Shown: piece by piece, positions 9,795 through 19,813 of the stretch
Numbering within the stretch: the stretch's first letter is position 1
How the letters are laid out: every line of letters begins with the position of its first letter
Source of the DNA: an uncultured Gammaproteobacteria bacterium
Lineage (GTDB): Bacteria > Patescibacteriota > Microgenomatia > JALYQM01
DNA length: 64,000 nucleotides
Reading direction: 5' to 3'
Assembly: GCA_964535655.1 (NCBI GenBank)
Contig: CAZHTP010000004.1
Coordinates: forward strand, 11,108 to 75,107
The notes under the pieces: model-generated
Database searches by the model: none
The model's input: only the letters and a program-made list of their open reading frames with translations
What the model was told of the DNA's origin: nothing
Program-made: the position numbers and the translations under genes

Positions 9795-10459
9795 AGACTA
9801 GCGATAAGATAATAAAGCGGATAAATAAGCGAGATGGTGACAAGATTGATATTGGGAGTTGGTAATTGCATCATTAAAATTAGGTAGGAAATAAACCAGA
9901 GCAGGGTTAGTACTACGGTACTTCCTTGCATTTGTTTAGTTCTTGATGGATATAAAAACTTAATAGGGATGAAAACTAGAATTGAGCAGGCGAGTAGTGT
10001 TATACTTGTCGCCAGTGATGACAGATTGGCGACAATCGCGTAAAAGGCAATGATATTCCAATAATCAGGGAATCCGAGGAAATAATAATTTTTATTGTCT
10101 GTTTTTGCGTCTGAGCGGCAGAATTGATAGCACGATGAAAGTAATATGGTAGAGATAATTATTAAGCCTATATTATTATGCGGAATATATCCTCCTGTCC
10201 AAAAAAGCACGGCAGGAGCAAATGCATAGGTGAGAAAATCTACAATATTGTCCAAGGTTGCTCCATCAAACCACGGCAGATTCTTTTTTACGTCAAACTT
10301 TCTGGCTAAATAGCCATCAGTTCCATCAATTATCATGGCTGAGAGCGTTAGCCAAAGAAATGAAGATGTGTTGTGCTCAATTGCTGCTATTACCATTAAG
10401 AAGGCTAAAACCGCTCCACAGGCAGTATAAATGTGTACTAGCATTGCTGGAAACTTCAT
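9770..10459 (-). CDS. pcs: Phosphatidylcholine synthase-like CDP-alcohol phosphatidyltransferase
   Basis: VHIYTACG, DGTDGYLAR...FDGATLDNIVDFLTY, FLGFP..WN motifs. Confidence 0.8.
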   Translation of the reverse strand: MKFPAMLVHIYTACGAVLAFLMVIAAIEHNTSSFLWLTLSAMIIDGTDGYLARKFDVKKNLPWFDGATLDNIVDFLTYAFAPAVLFWTGGYIPHNNIGLIIISTILLSSCYQFCRSDAKTDNKNYYFLGFPDYWNIIAFYAIVANLSSLATSITLLACSILVFIPIKFLYPSRTKQMQGSTVVLTLLWFISYLILMMQLPTPNINLVTISLIYPLYYLIASLYLTYTIS

Positions 10460-10539
10460 GGGTCAAGAGTAATTGCTTTGAGCTTGTGAGTCAAGGAGTC
10501 TCTTTGAGGTTTTGTTCAACTCCAGTATAATTGACTACT

Positions 10540-11463
10540 ATGGAATCTTTTGAAGACCTGATACGAAGATATGCAGTAAAATCGGCAGAGGAAATTAGGC
10601 CTGTGCCGGTTGAGTCTATTCTATCTACTTTTACTTACACTCCACTTTCGAGTGGTACTTTTTTTCGGGTCTTTAAAATTAAGGATGAACCGTGGGTTCT
10701 TAAAGAAGGGAAGTGGGATGTTCACTTACATTTGCACGATAAAATTAAGTTACCTATGCCTCCTGCTGTTACTGATGGCGTTTTAAAACGATTCTCATCG
10801 CAGATTTTACCTACACTTGAAGAAGTAAAGCGGCAATATGAAACCTATTTGAAATTTGTTGAATATTTTGGCTTTTTTAGTTCAAATGATGATATTTTTC
10901 TTGTTCATACTGATGATTGCCTTGCGTCGCAACGAAGAGTTCGAGATTCTCTCGTTTCGTTACTTCCTGCTATAGAAAAATTTTATGATATCGCGATTTC
11001 GCGAAAAATAGAGCCAATTTTAGCCTCTGATTTACGTTATTATAATTTTCTTCCTAAAGAGTATAGTTTTTATGGTGCTTCGATATCTCCAGAAAATAAT
11101 GGTCATGACACCATATATATTGTACAGGAGTTTGTTTCTGGTATAACATTACATGATATACGTCGCAAGAACATGTCGTATGCTCAGAAGGCACAATTAA
11201 TTTTAATTATTTATCTTATTCTTGTTATGCATTATGAAATTCGATTGTTGCCTGATACTCGACCGCGATACCCTGTGTTTGAGTTATTTGATTGGCTTCC
11301 TAAAACCGATAATATTATTTTGTCTGATGATGGTGTTCGGTTTGTGGATACGCGTTGGTTCTGGGAAACGCAGGCTAATTTTGTCAAAAGAGGTATGGTT
11401 ATACCTGAGCTTTCACTTAATGCGTCGAAACATTACTTGAATCGTTTACTTGAAACGTTATAG
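10540..11463 (+). CDS. Atypical protein-kinase-like fold protein
   Basis: SSGTFFRVF Gly-loop, VLK, IVQEFVSG, LPD...DNII...FVD spacing. Confidence 0.5.
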   Translation: MESFEDLIRRYAVKSAEEIRPVPVESILSTFTYTPLSSGTFFRVFKIKDEPWVLKEGKWDVHLHLHDKIKLPMPPAVTDGVLKRFSSQILPTLEEVKRQYETYLKFVEYFGFFSSNDDIFLVHTDDCLASQRRVRDSLVSLLPAIEKFYDIAISRKIEPILASDLRYYNFLPKEYSFYGASISPENNGHDTIYIVQEFVSGITLHDIRRKNMSYAQKAQLILIIYLILVMHYEIRLLPDTRPRYPVFELFDWLPKTDNIILSDDGVRFVDTRWFWETQANFVKRGMVIPELSLNASKHYLNRLLETL

Positions 11464-11994
11464 CGGGGCACTGTCTAAATGTAGTAAATATCCAATAAAC
11501 TTACTAATAATGTGTAAAAAAAAGAAAAGCAGTAAGGTTATTAATAGAAAACCGGCACGGTAATCAATAATATTTGAGGTTGCAATAAGTGCACCTGAAA
11601 TCCAATCGAGTTGATCGAAAGGCATCCAAGAATCTCCTGGTTTTACCTGGAATTGTCTCTTAAAAAAGCTTTTTAGCGCGTCGCCGGTAACCGCTCCTAA
11701 TCCTAAAAGTAAACCGAAATAATACGGTAGGGTGTCATAATTTATATAGCTAATAGAATAGAAAAAAGAATTACTGTATAGGGCGATTTGGAATAAGTAA
11801 ATGATTCCGGCGCAAAGAATTCCAAACGTAAAACCTCGAATTGTTTTATGGTCACCAAGGACTCGAATACCGCGGAACTTTTTATTGCAGTCGAGTGGAT
11901 AGGTCCATTGCGGAAAAAACTTAGCAGAGAGCGCCGCCCCGATATTTGCAAAAGCAGCTGGGAGAAAAAGGTATAAAATGGTAATGATAGTCAT
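11458..11994 (-). CDS. CDP-archaeol synthase (CarS/DUF46)-like cytidylyltransferase
   Basis: LPAAFAN, PLD...GDHKTIRG, GDALKSFFKR...PG..W.PFDQLD motifs. Confidence 0.85.
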   Translation of the reverse strand: MTIITILYLFLPAAFANIGAALSAKFFPQWTYPLDCNKKFRGIRVLGDHKTIRGFTFGILCAGIIYLFQIALYSNSFFYSISYINYDTLPYYFGLLLGLGAVTGDALKSFFKRQFQVKPGDSWMPFDQLDWISGALIATSNIIDYRAGFLLITLLLFFFLHIISKFIGYLLHLDSAPL

Positions 11995-12010
11995 AAGATT
12001 TGTTAGTGTG

Positions 12011-12571
12011 TTATTTATCTACTGTTAACTTTACTATTTGTTCTACTATTTCATTGAAATTAGTATCAGTAACTGTGAATATTTTTTTATAGAGTTTTTC
12101 AATTTGAATGAAATATTCTAATTCTTCTTTTTCATGCTCTAGTCGGTTTTCAATACTTTCTGGTGGGTCACCACGGAAATTCATACGCTTAATTAGTAGC
12201 TGTTCGCTTTCTGGTTTTAAATAAATGGCAATTGTGTTGGGGTAGGCATTTAAAAATTGTGGAACAACTGTGGGTACTACAACTGTGATAGGAATGCGAT
12301 TATTAGCCGTAATCTCTTCAACCAGTCTTTTTTCAAAACCTCTCCAGCACCCAAGGGCAAAGGCTGATGTAATAAATTTATTTTGCTTTTCTCGCTCTTT
12401 GTATTCTTTCTCCGTGATAAAATTGTAATCTACTCCGTTTTCTTCGCCCCTTCGAATTGGCCTGGTAATGGTTGATTGTATTCGTTCAAAACGATGGTTG
12501 GCAATTAAGTACTTTTCAAGGTAGGTTTTTCCGACACCTGATGGTCCAGATATGATTAACGGGTGCATCAT
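12011..12571 (-). CDS. gmk: Guanylate kinase
   Basis: GPSGVGKT P-loop, TRPIRRGEENGVDYNF; start placed outside the IS at ATG 12571. Confidence 0.85.
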   Translation of the reverse strand: MMHPLIISGPSGVGKTYLEKYLIANHRFERIQSTITRPIRRGEENGVDYNFITEKEYKEREKQNKFITSAFALGCWRGFEKRLVEEITANNRIPITVVVPTVVPQFLNAYPNTIAIYLKPESEQLLIKRMNFRGDPPESIENRLEHEKEELEYFIQIEKLYKKIFTVTDTNFNEIVEQIVKLTVDK

Positions 12572-12597
12572 GATGAATATTTTACCATGTATTTTAT

Positions 12598-13704
12598 TGA
12601 ATAAGTTCAGATAGATAGTAAACGGTTGTAAGTACTTGAGAGAGAGAATAAACAACCAAAGCAGGTACAATGGGAGCCATATGAAATATGGCTCAAAGTT
12701 ACCAGGAATAACAGAAATATCACGAATTCATGAAGTGTCAAAAGAGGCAAAGAAACGGCTTGAATGGATAGAGTGGTATCGGAGCCATGAGGAGAATGCA
12801 GAACTGACGTGTCGTCACTTCGGTATTTCAAAGCGAACATTTTACAAATGGAAGAATGTGTACAATCATAAAAATCTTCAATCACTTGAGAGTCGATCAA
12901 AGCGGCCACATAGATTACGACAGGAAGTAATTGATCCTGAGCTGGTAAAACACATTGTAGCGCTTAAGAAACAGTATCCACGATGGGGTAAGAAAAAGAT
13001 TGAAGTGCTTCTAAAAAGAGAGTATCCCACCGTCATTATTTCAGAGTCAAGCATTGGACGAATACTGCAGCGACGAGGCTTGGTTCATATGTTTGGAAAA
13101 GTAACAAAAGGGAGGAAACGAGGCAAGCTACAAGGAGCGAGAGCACGGTCAACAAGGGAAGATCGAGATCATTCACCAGGACACATGGTACAAGTCGATG
13201 TAAAATTTTTACGTATTTTAACCCGATGGTTTTATCTGTTTACTGCAATCGACACTAAGACTCGTATACGAGTCACACGGGTATATCCAAAGCATTCATC
13301 AGCCTGTGGCGAACAGTTTCTCACGGTACTGAATGACCAGTATGAGAATGCTTACTTCCAGTTTTCTCTTGAAGGTTACCAAACAGATAATGGTTCAGAG
13401 TTTTTAGAAAAGTTTCATGCTTGGATTGAAGAGCATAAAAAGAAACATTATTTTACGTACCCTAACACCCCTCAAATGAATGGACGTGTTGAACGAGTCA
13501 TTAGAACAAACCAGGAAGAGTTTTGGGATTTCCAAGATGAGGTACTTCCGAATCTCAAAACACTCAACCTTCTCGCTCAAGAATCTGATCGTATTTACAA
13601 TACCATCAGACCGCATCAAGCTCTTGGCTATTTGACCCCTATGCAGTATTATGAATCGCTACTTCAAACGGAGGCTACCGTTTACCATGTACTGAACTAG
13701 TACA
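12598..13704 (+). mobile_element. IS481-family insertion sequence
   Basis: Imperfect IRs TGAATAAGTTCAG..GTAAACGGT / ACCGTTTAC..CTGAACTAGTACA; 5-bp flanking direct repeat TTTAT (12593-12597, 13705-13709). Confidence 0.8.
12681..13700 (+). CDS. IS481-like DDE transposase (HTH + rve integrase core)
   Basis: CRHFGISKRTFYKW HTH; QVDVK, TDNGSEF, NGRVER, YN..RPHQAL..TP motifs. Confidence 0.92.
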   Translation: MKYGSKLPGITEISRIHEVSKEAKKRLEWIEWYRSHEENAELTCRHFGISKRTFYKWKNVYNHKNLQSLESRSKRPHRLRQEVIDPELVKHIVALKKQYPRWGKKKIEVLLKREYPTVIISESSIGRILQRRGLVHMFGKVTKGRKRGKLQGARARSTREDRDHSPGHMVQVDVKFLRILTRWFYLFTAIDTKTRIRVTRVYPKHSSACGEQFLTVLNDQYENAYFQFSLEGYQTDNGSEFLEKFHAWIEEHKKKHYFTYPNTPQMNGRVERVIRTNQEEFWDFQDEVLPNLKTLNLLAQESDRIYNTIRPHQALGYLTPMQYYESLLQTEATVYHVLN

Positions 13705-13780
13705 TTTATTTGACATACGCAGCTTTTTTGAGTAGCATAGCTTCATCTAGATTGTAGAGTTTACATAAAGGAAAAATCAC

Positions 13781-14785
13781 ATGGCTAAAAAGGCGGTAAT
13801 CTTTGGCGTTTCGTCTCAAGATGGCTCGTATCTGGCAGATCTGCTTTTAGAAAAAGGATATGAAGTTATCGGTACAATTCGGCGTTCTACTCACATTCGT
13901 CATCCTAATATTGAACATTTATATGGAAAAATCCGGATTGAGGCTGCGGATTTATTAGATTATGCCAGTATAGAACATGTTATTCGTCGTTATGAACCTG
14001 ATGAGGTTTATAATATCGCGGCGCAATCAGTGCCTGCTGATTCGTGGAGTCACCCGATTTATACTGGAGAGATCACGGCACTTGGCCCAGTGCGTGTATT
14101 TGAGGCAGTACACAAGTTTGTTCCTCATGCGCGAGTTTATCAGGCTACTTCGCGAGAAATTCTTGGAAATATTGAAGCAGATGCAGCAACAGAACAAACC
14201 CCAATCGATGCAAATAATCCATATGGAATTGCCAAAGCATATGCGCATATGATGATTCGTTGCTATCGAGAGTCGTATAACATGTTTACTTGTGGCGGAA
14301 TTTTATTTAATCATGAAAGCCCACGCCGAGGTTTACATTTTGTGACGCGTAAAATTACTGCTGGTGTTGCGTGTATAAAAAATGGGGTTAAGAACCCTCC
14401 CCTTAATGAAATTGGTGAACCACTCGTTGATTCAACTGGAAAACTCCATATGGGATTTTTGGACGCTCAGCGAGATTTTGGGTATGCGAAAGAGTATGTT
14501 GAAGCGATGTGGTTAATGTTGCAAAATAAAGAAGCTAAGGACTATGTGATAGGAACTAATACGTCTCATTCTATTCGAGAGGTATGTAAAGCTGCTTTTG
14601 AACATGTTGGGTTGGATTGGGAAGATCATGTTGTTACCAATGAAAGGCTACTACGTCCAACCGAAATAAAGGTTTTAAAAGGGGACTATTCTTTGGCAGA
14701 GAAAGAGTTGGGCTGGAAACCAAGAACATCGTTTACCGATTTAATAAATATAATGGTAGATGCAGATTTAGAACGATTTAAGTAA
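13781..14785 (+). CDS. gmd: GDP-mannose 4,6-dehydratase
   Basis: QDGSYLA, YNIAAQS, YGIAK, GILFNHESPRRG, FVTRKI motifs. Confidence 0.92.
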   Translation: MAKKAVIFGVSSQDGSYLADLLLEKGYEVIGTIRRSTHIRHPNIEHLYGKIRIEAADLLDYASIEHVIRRYEPDEVYNIAAQSVPADSWSHPIYTGEITALGPVRVFEAVHKFVPHARVYQATSREILGNIEADAATEQTPIDANNPYGIAKAYAHMMIRCYRESYNMFTCGGILFNHESPRRGLHFVTRKITAGVACIKNGVKNPPLNEIGEPLVDSTGKLHMGFLDAQRDFGYAKEYVEAMWLMLQNKEAKDYVIGTNTSHSIREVCKAAFEHVGLDWEDHVVTNERLLRPTEIKVLKGDYSLAEKELGWKPRTSFTDLINIMVDADLERFK

Positions 14786-14787
14786 CT

Positions 14788-15408
14788 ATGAAAAAATGGG
14801 AAGTGCTTGATTCACAACTCGTTTTTGATACCAAATGGTATAAAGTCCGTAAGGATCATGTTCGGACGGAGACCGGGAAAGTTTTTGATGATTATTATTT
14901 GGGTGCACAGCCTGACTTTATAAACCTTGTGCCGGTGTTTGATAACGGTGATATTCTTGTTGATAGACAATATAAGCATGGTGCGGGTGAAATATCTCTT
15001 GAAACTATTGGTGGCGTAATTGAAAAAGGGGAAGATGCTATTGACTGTGCTCGGCGGGAATTACTGGAGGAAACTGGTTATTCTGCTGAAAATATTGAAC
15101 TATTAGGCGTCGTTAACGAAAACCCGACACGGACGGTTAGTAAAACATATGTCTTTTTGGCAACTGGGCTATTTAAAGTTGAGGAATCTAAACTTGACTA
15201 CGATGAGTCGGAAATGGAACTCGTACGTATGCCGCTGGTTGAGTTTATTGGAAGAATTCAGCAAGGAGAGGTCTTTTGCGAGCCGGCTATAGTAAGTGTT
15301 TTTCTTACTAGTTTGAAATTGGGTTTACTTCATGTTGTTACGCCTGAAACTCTAGCAAGAAAGCGACGGTTTAATTGTTTTCCTTTATTATCCCGCTTTT
15401 TTAGGTAA
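14788..15408 (+). CDS. Nudix hydrolase (ADP-ribose/NDP-sugar pyrophosphatase-like)
   Basis: Nudix box GGVIEKGE...ARRELLEETG. Confidence 0.88.
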   Translation: MKKWEVLDSQLVFDTKWYKVRKDHVRTETGKVFDDYYLGAQPDFINLVPVFDNGDILVDRQYKHGAGEISLETIGGVIEKGEDAIDCARRELLEETGYSAENIELLGVVNENPTRTVSKTYVFLATGLFKVEESKLDYDESEMELVRMPLVEFIGRIQQGEVFCEPAIVSVFLTSLKLGLLHVVTPETLARKRRFNCFPLLSRFFR

Positions 15409-15411
15409 CCT

Positions 15412-16356
15412 ATGAAAAAAGTTCTTATCACTGGCGTGAGTGGATTTGTAGGAGCTCATTTAGCTCGGGAGCTTGTTTCCCGCCAATATGAAGTTTGGGG
15501 CCTAACGCGAGAAAAAATTGTTCATACTCAGGAAAATGTACAATTTGTTACGGGCGACTTGAAAGATAAACAATCTCTTTATAATGCATTTGTTCAAGTG
15601 CAGCCCGATGCTGTATTTCACCTTGCTGCGCAATCTAAACCAGGATTGTCATTTTCTGATCCGGAAAATACTTTTGAAATTAATACTATTGGTACGTTGC
15701 ATATTCTCGATGTTTTAGGTGGACTGTATTCTCAGTCATATAAACCACGCATGATGCTTGTGGGTACTGCTGAAGAGTATGGAAATGTTCCTCTTGAACA
15801 GCTACCCGTAGTTGAAACTGCTGCCCTTAATCCTAATAACCCATATTCAATCTCTAAAGCGGCAGGGTATTTTTTGGCTATGCAGTATCATAAGTCGTAT
15901 GGGGTGGACGTTATTTATCTTTCGCCGTTTTCGCATACCGGGCCTGGGCAAAAACAAGGATTTTTGATACCTGATGTATGTAAGCAAATTGTAGATATTG
16001 AACGTGGTAAGAAAGAGCCAGTGCTTGTAACGGGAGATTTATCTTCAGAAAAAGATTATACCGATGTTCGTGATATTGTTAAGGGATATGCTCAATTGAT
16101 GTATGAAGGGGTTGGCGGAGAGCGATACAACTTGTGTAGCGGTACTAGTGTGCGCGTATTGGATATTGTTGCACAACTTGTTGCGATGTCGACGATACAG
16201 ATTCAACACCACGTAGATAAAACTAAATTTCGACCAACTGAAGTAACGATAATGCGTGGCAATTATGATAAAATTCATAAGACTACTGGGTGGTTACCAG
16301 AAATCCCTTTAGCAAAAACTTTGCAAGATTCTCTGGAATGGTGGAGAAAACAATAG
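15412..16356 (+). CDS. NDP-sugar SDR, GDP-4-keto-6-deoxy-D-mannose reductase (Rmd)-like
   Basis: ITGVSGFVG, HLAAQS, YSISK, HTGPGQ, DVRD motifs; downstream of gmd. Confidence 0.75.
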   Translation: MKKVLITGVSGFVGAHLARELVSRQYEVWGLTREKIVHTQENVQFVTGDLKDKQSLYNAFVQVQPDAVFHLAAQSKPGLSFSDPENTFEINTIGTLHILDVLGGLYSQSYKPRMMLVGTAEEYGNVPLEQLPVVETAALNPNNPYSISKAAGYFLAMQYHKSYGVDVIYLSPFSHTGPGQKQGFLIPDVCKQIVDIERGKKEPVLVTGDLSSEKDYTDVRDIVKGYAQLMYEGVGGERYNLCSGTSVRVLDIVAQLVAMSTIQIQHHVDKTKFRPTEVTIMRGNYDKIHKTTGWLPEIPLAKTLQDSLEWWRKQ

Positions 16357-16371
16357 TTCTTATATCTCATT

Positions 16372-16992
16372 ATGAAACGACGACTTATTATGATCTGTGG
16401 TATTAGTGGTGTTGGTAAAACGACCTTAACAGGAGAAGTCATTAGGTGTTTTGATTCCTTACGGTATCTTCAAACTTATTCTACACGAGCACCGCGAACA
16501 GGGGAGGATACTACGTTTGAGCATATGTTTGTATCCCGAGAACGTTATGATTTTTTACGTTCACAATCTACTAATTGGAACCACTTGGATATTTATGAAA
16601 CATATTATGGGATAGATATTGAAGCACAACTTAAACGTTATTCTACAATTCAAAACTTTATTACTATTGTTTCGCCAGTTTCGTCGTATTTGGATGAATT
16701 GCGGAAGCAATTTCCCGGAGACAGTTATCTTATTTATTTCGATGTCGACCATGAAATTGCCTCACTACGCCTGCTAGAAGGTAGACCGATATCTGAAAAA
16801 GCCCGGATTTCTGTAGATACTCAATTAGCTCTCTCTTCCATTAAATCTTCAGCTGATTTTGTCTTTACTCCTAAGCATCGACTTGATGAAGACATAGCAT
16901 CTTTTACTGATTTAATCCGATCACTTCTTTTGGTATCATCCTTGGATGAATATGGAAGAACAAGTTCAAAAGAGGAAACGAGAGCATCTTGA
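16372..16992 (+). CDS. Second, divergent guanylate kinase-like protein
   Basis: GISGVGKT, STRAPRTGE, YYG motifs. Confidence 0.75.
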   Translation: MKRRLIMICGISGVGKTTLTGEVIRCFDSLRYLQTYSTRAPRTGEDTTFEHMFVSRERYDFLRSQSTNWNHLDIYETYYGIDIEAQLKRYSTIQNFITIVSPVSSYLDELRKQFPGDSYLIYFDVDHEIASLRLLEGRPISEKARISVDTQLALSSIKSSADFVFTPKHRLDEDIASFTDLIRSLLLVSSLDEYGRTSSKEETRAS

Positions 16993-17980
16993 GATATCTT
17001 TGTCTCCTCAAGCACAAACTGGTACAGCCGGATTTGATTCGTATCGTTTTATTCATAACGCTTTGCCAGAAATTGATTTTGACGAAATAGATATATCAAT
17101 TGAGTTCTTAGGGAAGAAACTTGCTTTTCCATTCTTTATATCTTCGATGACTGGTGGTGTTTTAGAAGGTGAAAAGATTAATCGATCTTTACTGCATGTT
17201 GCAGAAAAATATGGTATGGCGATGGGAGTGGGAAGCCAGCGAGCAGCGATAGAAAAACCAGAGTTATCTCATTTGTTTGCTCAAAAATCTTTCGAATCGA
17301 AAGCATTATTGTTTGCCAATGTGGGAGCCGTGCAACTGAATTATGGTTTTACGGTTGAGAAGTATCAGCGGGCAGTTGAAATGATTGATGCCGATGCTTT
17401 GATACTTCATTTGAATCCAATTCAGGAAGCAGTGCAACCTGAGGGTGACCGGAACTTTAAAAATTTATTGCCTCAAATTAGCGAACTTGTTAACAAATTA
17501 TCTGTGCCAATTATAGTTAAAGAGGTGGGATTTGGAATATCTGAGAATGTATGCAAGCGTCTTTATGATGCTGGAGTCCGGTTTATTGATGTTGCGGGAT
17601 GGGGTGGAACAAGTTGGGCGGTGGTTGAAGGAAGGCGTGAAGGAGGTAGTCAGCAGCTTGGTGATTTATTTGGCGAATGGGGTATACCAACGACGGAATC
17701 TATCCGAATGTGTAAGAACGTATCTGATTTTTTGGCGGGTAAATTAACTATTCTTGCAAGTGGTGGTGTGAGAACAGGGCTTGATGTTGCTAAGGCAATT
17801 TCGCTTGGTGCAGAACTGGTAGGGTTGGCTTCGCCTTTTGGCAGGGCGGCGATGGAATCAGAAGAAGCTGTGGAAATGGTTGTAAAGAGACTAGAACGAG
17901 AATTAAAGACGGCAATGTTTGGTGTAGGGGCGAAAAATATTGCAGCACTTAAAGCAATTACATTGCAAAAAGTATTATAA
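16946..17980 (+). CDS. fni: Type 2 isopentenyl-diphosphate delta-isomerase
   Basis: RKREHL, SSMTGG, GSQR, HLNPIQEAVQPEGD, KEVGFG, GGTSW, SGGVR motifs. Confidence 0.95.
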   Translation: MNMEEQVQKRKREHLEISLSPQAQTGTAGFDSYRFIHNALPEIDFDEIDISIEFLGKKLAFPFFISSMTGGVLEGEKINRSLLHVAEKYGMAMGVGSQRAAIEKPELSHLFAQKSFESKALLFANVGAVQLNYGFTVEKYQRAVEMIDADALILHLNPIQEAVQPEGDRNFKNLLPQISELVNKLSVPIIVKEVGFGISENVCKRLYDAGVRFIDVAGWGGTSWAVVEGRREGGSQQLGDLFGEWGIPTTESIRMCKNVSDFLAGKLTILASGGVRTGLDVAKAISLGAELVGLASPFGRAAMESEEAVEMVVKRLERELKTAMFGVGAKNIAALKAITLQKVL

Positions 17981-17981
17981 A

Positions 17982-18971
17982 TTACTTTTTTACAAATCCA
18001 ACTTTTTCGTACACTTCATCTAGTTTTTTGTGAGATATTTCATGAGCTCGGGTGGAGCCGTGTCGAAGTATTCCTTCCAATTTATCTTCAGAATTTCGTA
18101 AGTCGTAATATTTGCTTTGTAGTTCTCCTAAGCAATTTACTACTGATTCGGCTACAATTTCTTTAAATTCACCATATCTTTTGCCTTCACATTCTTTTTC
18201 TATTTCATTTACTGGTTTGCCTGAAGTTTGGGAATACAAGTCAAGTAAATTAGAAATTCCAGGTTTGCTTTCCATATCGTATTTAATTTCAGAACCTGAG
18301 TCGGTAGTTGCTGACTTAATTTTTTTTCGGATGGTTTCTTCTTCATCGAGGAGCCAAACTGTGGCATTAGGATTGTTATCGCTTTTGCTCATTTTTTTAG
18401 TTGGATCGATAAGACTGCGAATGCGTCCACCGTGGGTTGGAATAATGGGTTGTGGTAGTACAAAGGTTTCTCCATAGGTATTATTGAATCGTTCAGCGAT
18501 GTCGCGGGTAAGTTCGACGTGCTGTTTTTGATCCTCTCCAACGGGAACTTCGGTGGTGTTGTAGAGTAGGATATCTGAGGCCATAAGGGTAGGGTAGGCA
18601 AATAATCCAACGCTAACAAATTCTTTACCTTCAGATTTATCTTTGTACTGAGTCATCCGGTTCATTTGACCCATGGAGGTGTAGCAGTTTAAGAGCCAGC
18701 CAAGGTTAGCATGATCGGGATTGTGTGATTGGATGAACACCAGGGATCTTTCTGGATCGATTCCCGCTGCAATATATAATGCCGCGAGTTCAAGGGATTT
18801 TTCGTGTAATGTTTTAGGATCTTGAGGGACAGTGATTGCGTGCATATCTACAATGCAAAAAATATTGAGTCCATCGTGTTGTCTTTGTACCCACTGATGG
18901 AGTGCACCGATATAGTTTCCAATATGTAGATTACCACTGGGTTGAATTCCGGAAAAAATTATTTTTTGCAT
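17982..18971 (-). CDS. trpS: Tryptophan--tRNA ligase
   Basis: SGIQPSG, HIGN, VPVGEDQKQH, KMSKS motifs. Confidence 0.97.
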   Translation of the reverse strand: MQKIIFSGIQPSGNLHIGNYIGALHQWVQRQHDGLNIFCIVDMHAITVPQDPKTLHEKSLELAALYIAAGIDPERSLVFIQSHNPDHANLGWLLNCYTSMGQMNRMTQYKDKSEGKEFVSVGLFAYPTLMASDILLYNTTEVPVGEDQKQHVELTRDIAERFNNTYGETFVLPQPIIPTHGGRIRSLIDPTKKMSKSDNNPNATVWLLDEEETIRKKIKSATTDSGSEIKYDMESKPGISNLLDLYSQTSGKPVNEIEKECEGKRYGEFKEIVAESVVNCLGELQSKYYDLRNSEDKLEGILRHGSTRAHEISHKKLDEVYEKVGFVKK

Positions 18972-19218
18972 AGCCGAATTATATTTAATTTGGCATTTTG
19001 TGGCTAGAGGGATTATGTTGTTGCAAGGGGAGGCGCGGCATTTTGGTCAAAGGAAATTGACTCCACCTTTTTTCTTCTTTGTTAACTATTTGGCGGCATT
19101 CTTCAAGTTTTTGTTTTAATAAACTAATGCTCTTTTTTAGCCTACTAATTTTTTTTCTCATTTTTTCTGGTTATTCCAGCCTGGCTATTATTATACACCA
19201 ATGGTATATACTATCTAT

Positions 19219-19413
19219 ATGATAAATATGCAGAAACGACTTGTGCGCCCCAAGCAAGGTAGAATGCTGGCAGGGGTTTGCGCGGCAATAGCGAACTACT
19301 TTACTATTGATGTTACAATCGTACGGATTTTGTGGATTATTTTGGCTTTACCAGGTGGATTACCTGGAGTGATTCCGTATATTGTTTTGGCGGTTGTTAT
19401 CCCTTCTGAGTAG
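19219..19413 (+). CDS. pspC: PspC domain protein
   Basis: RLVRP..GRMLAGVCAAIANYF.ID..IVR, Y....VIP. Confidence 0.88.
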   Translation: MINMQKRLVRPKQGRMLAGVCAAIANYFTIDVTIVRILWIILALPGGLPGVIPYIVLAVVIPSE

Positions 19414-19414
19414 T

Positions 19415-19798
19415 ATGTCTGAGTTTACTGATGCTGTGATTTATATCTGCCGGCAAGTACCCTTTGGTAGGGTTGCTAGTTATGGTCAAATTGCTGCATA
19501 TACTGGTGTTGCGCGTGCTGCACGACAAGTAGGTTGGACACTAAACCGTATTGAAGGTGAAATTGAAGTGCCGTGGTGGCGGATTGTTAACAATGCTGGA
19601 CGGATTAGTATTAAAAATACTGAATTTAACACCCCCTTACTTATGAAGCAGATGTTGGAGAATGAGGGAGTTGTAGTACGACCCGATTATACTTTTGATA
19701 TTGAAAAATATAGGTTCAGACCAAGTATTGATCAAATGCGTTCGTGGCAGCTTGATGATGTATACATTGAGCGTGTATGCACGAAATATCTTATATGA
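19415..19798 (+). CDS. Alkyltransferase-like (ATL, MGMT family) DNA-binding protein
   Basis: VPFGRVASYGQIA, AARQVG; PWWR in place of catalytic PCHR. Confidence 0.88.
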   Translation: MSEFTDAVIYICRQVPFGRVASYGQIAAYTGVARAARQVGWTLNRIEGEIEVPWWRIVNNAGRISIKNTEFNTPLLMKQMLENEGVVVRPDYTFDIEKYRFRPSIDQMRSWQLDDVYIERVCTKYLI

Positions 19799-19813
19799 TA
19801 GTATACTGTTTCT

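Noticed and set aside
12572-12670. N-terminal extension of gmk in the ORF track
   Set aside because: Runs into the IS left end; true start at 12571 or 12568
18972-19200. Possible Trp T-box or ncRNA upstream of trpS
   Set aside because: No T-box consensus; trpS appears leaderless (TATAAT 6 nt before ATG)
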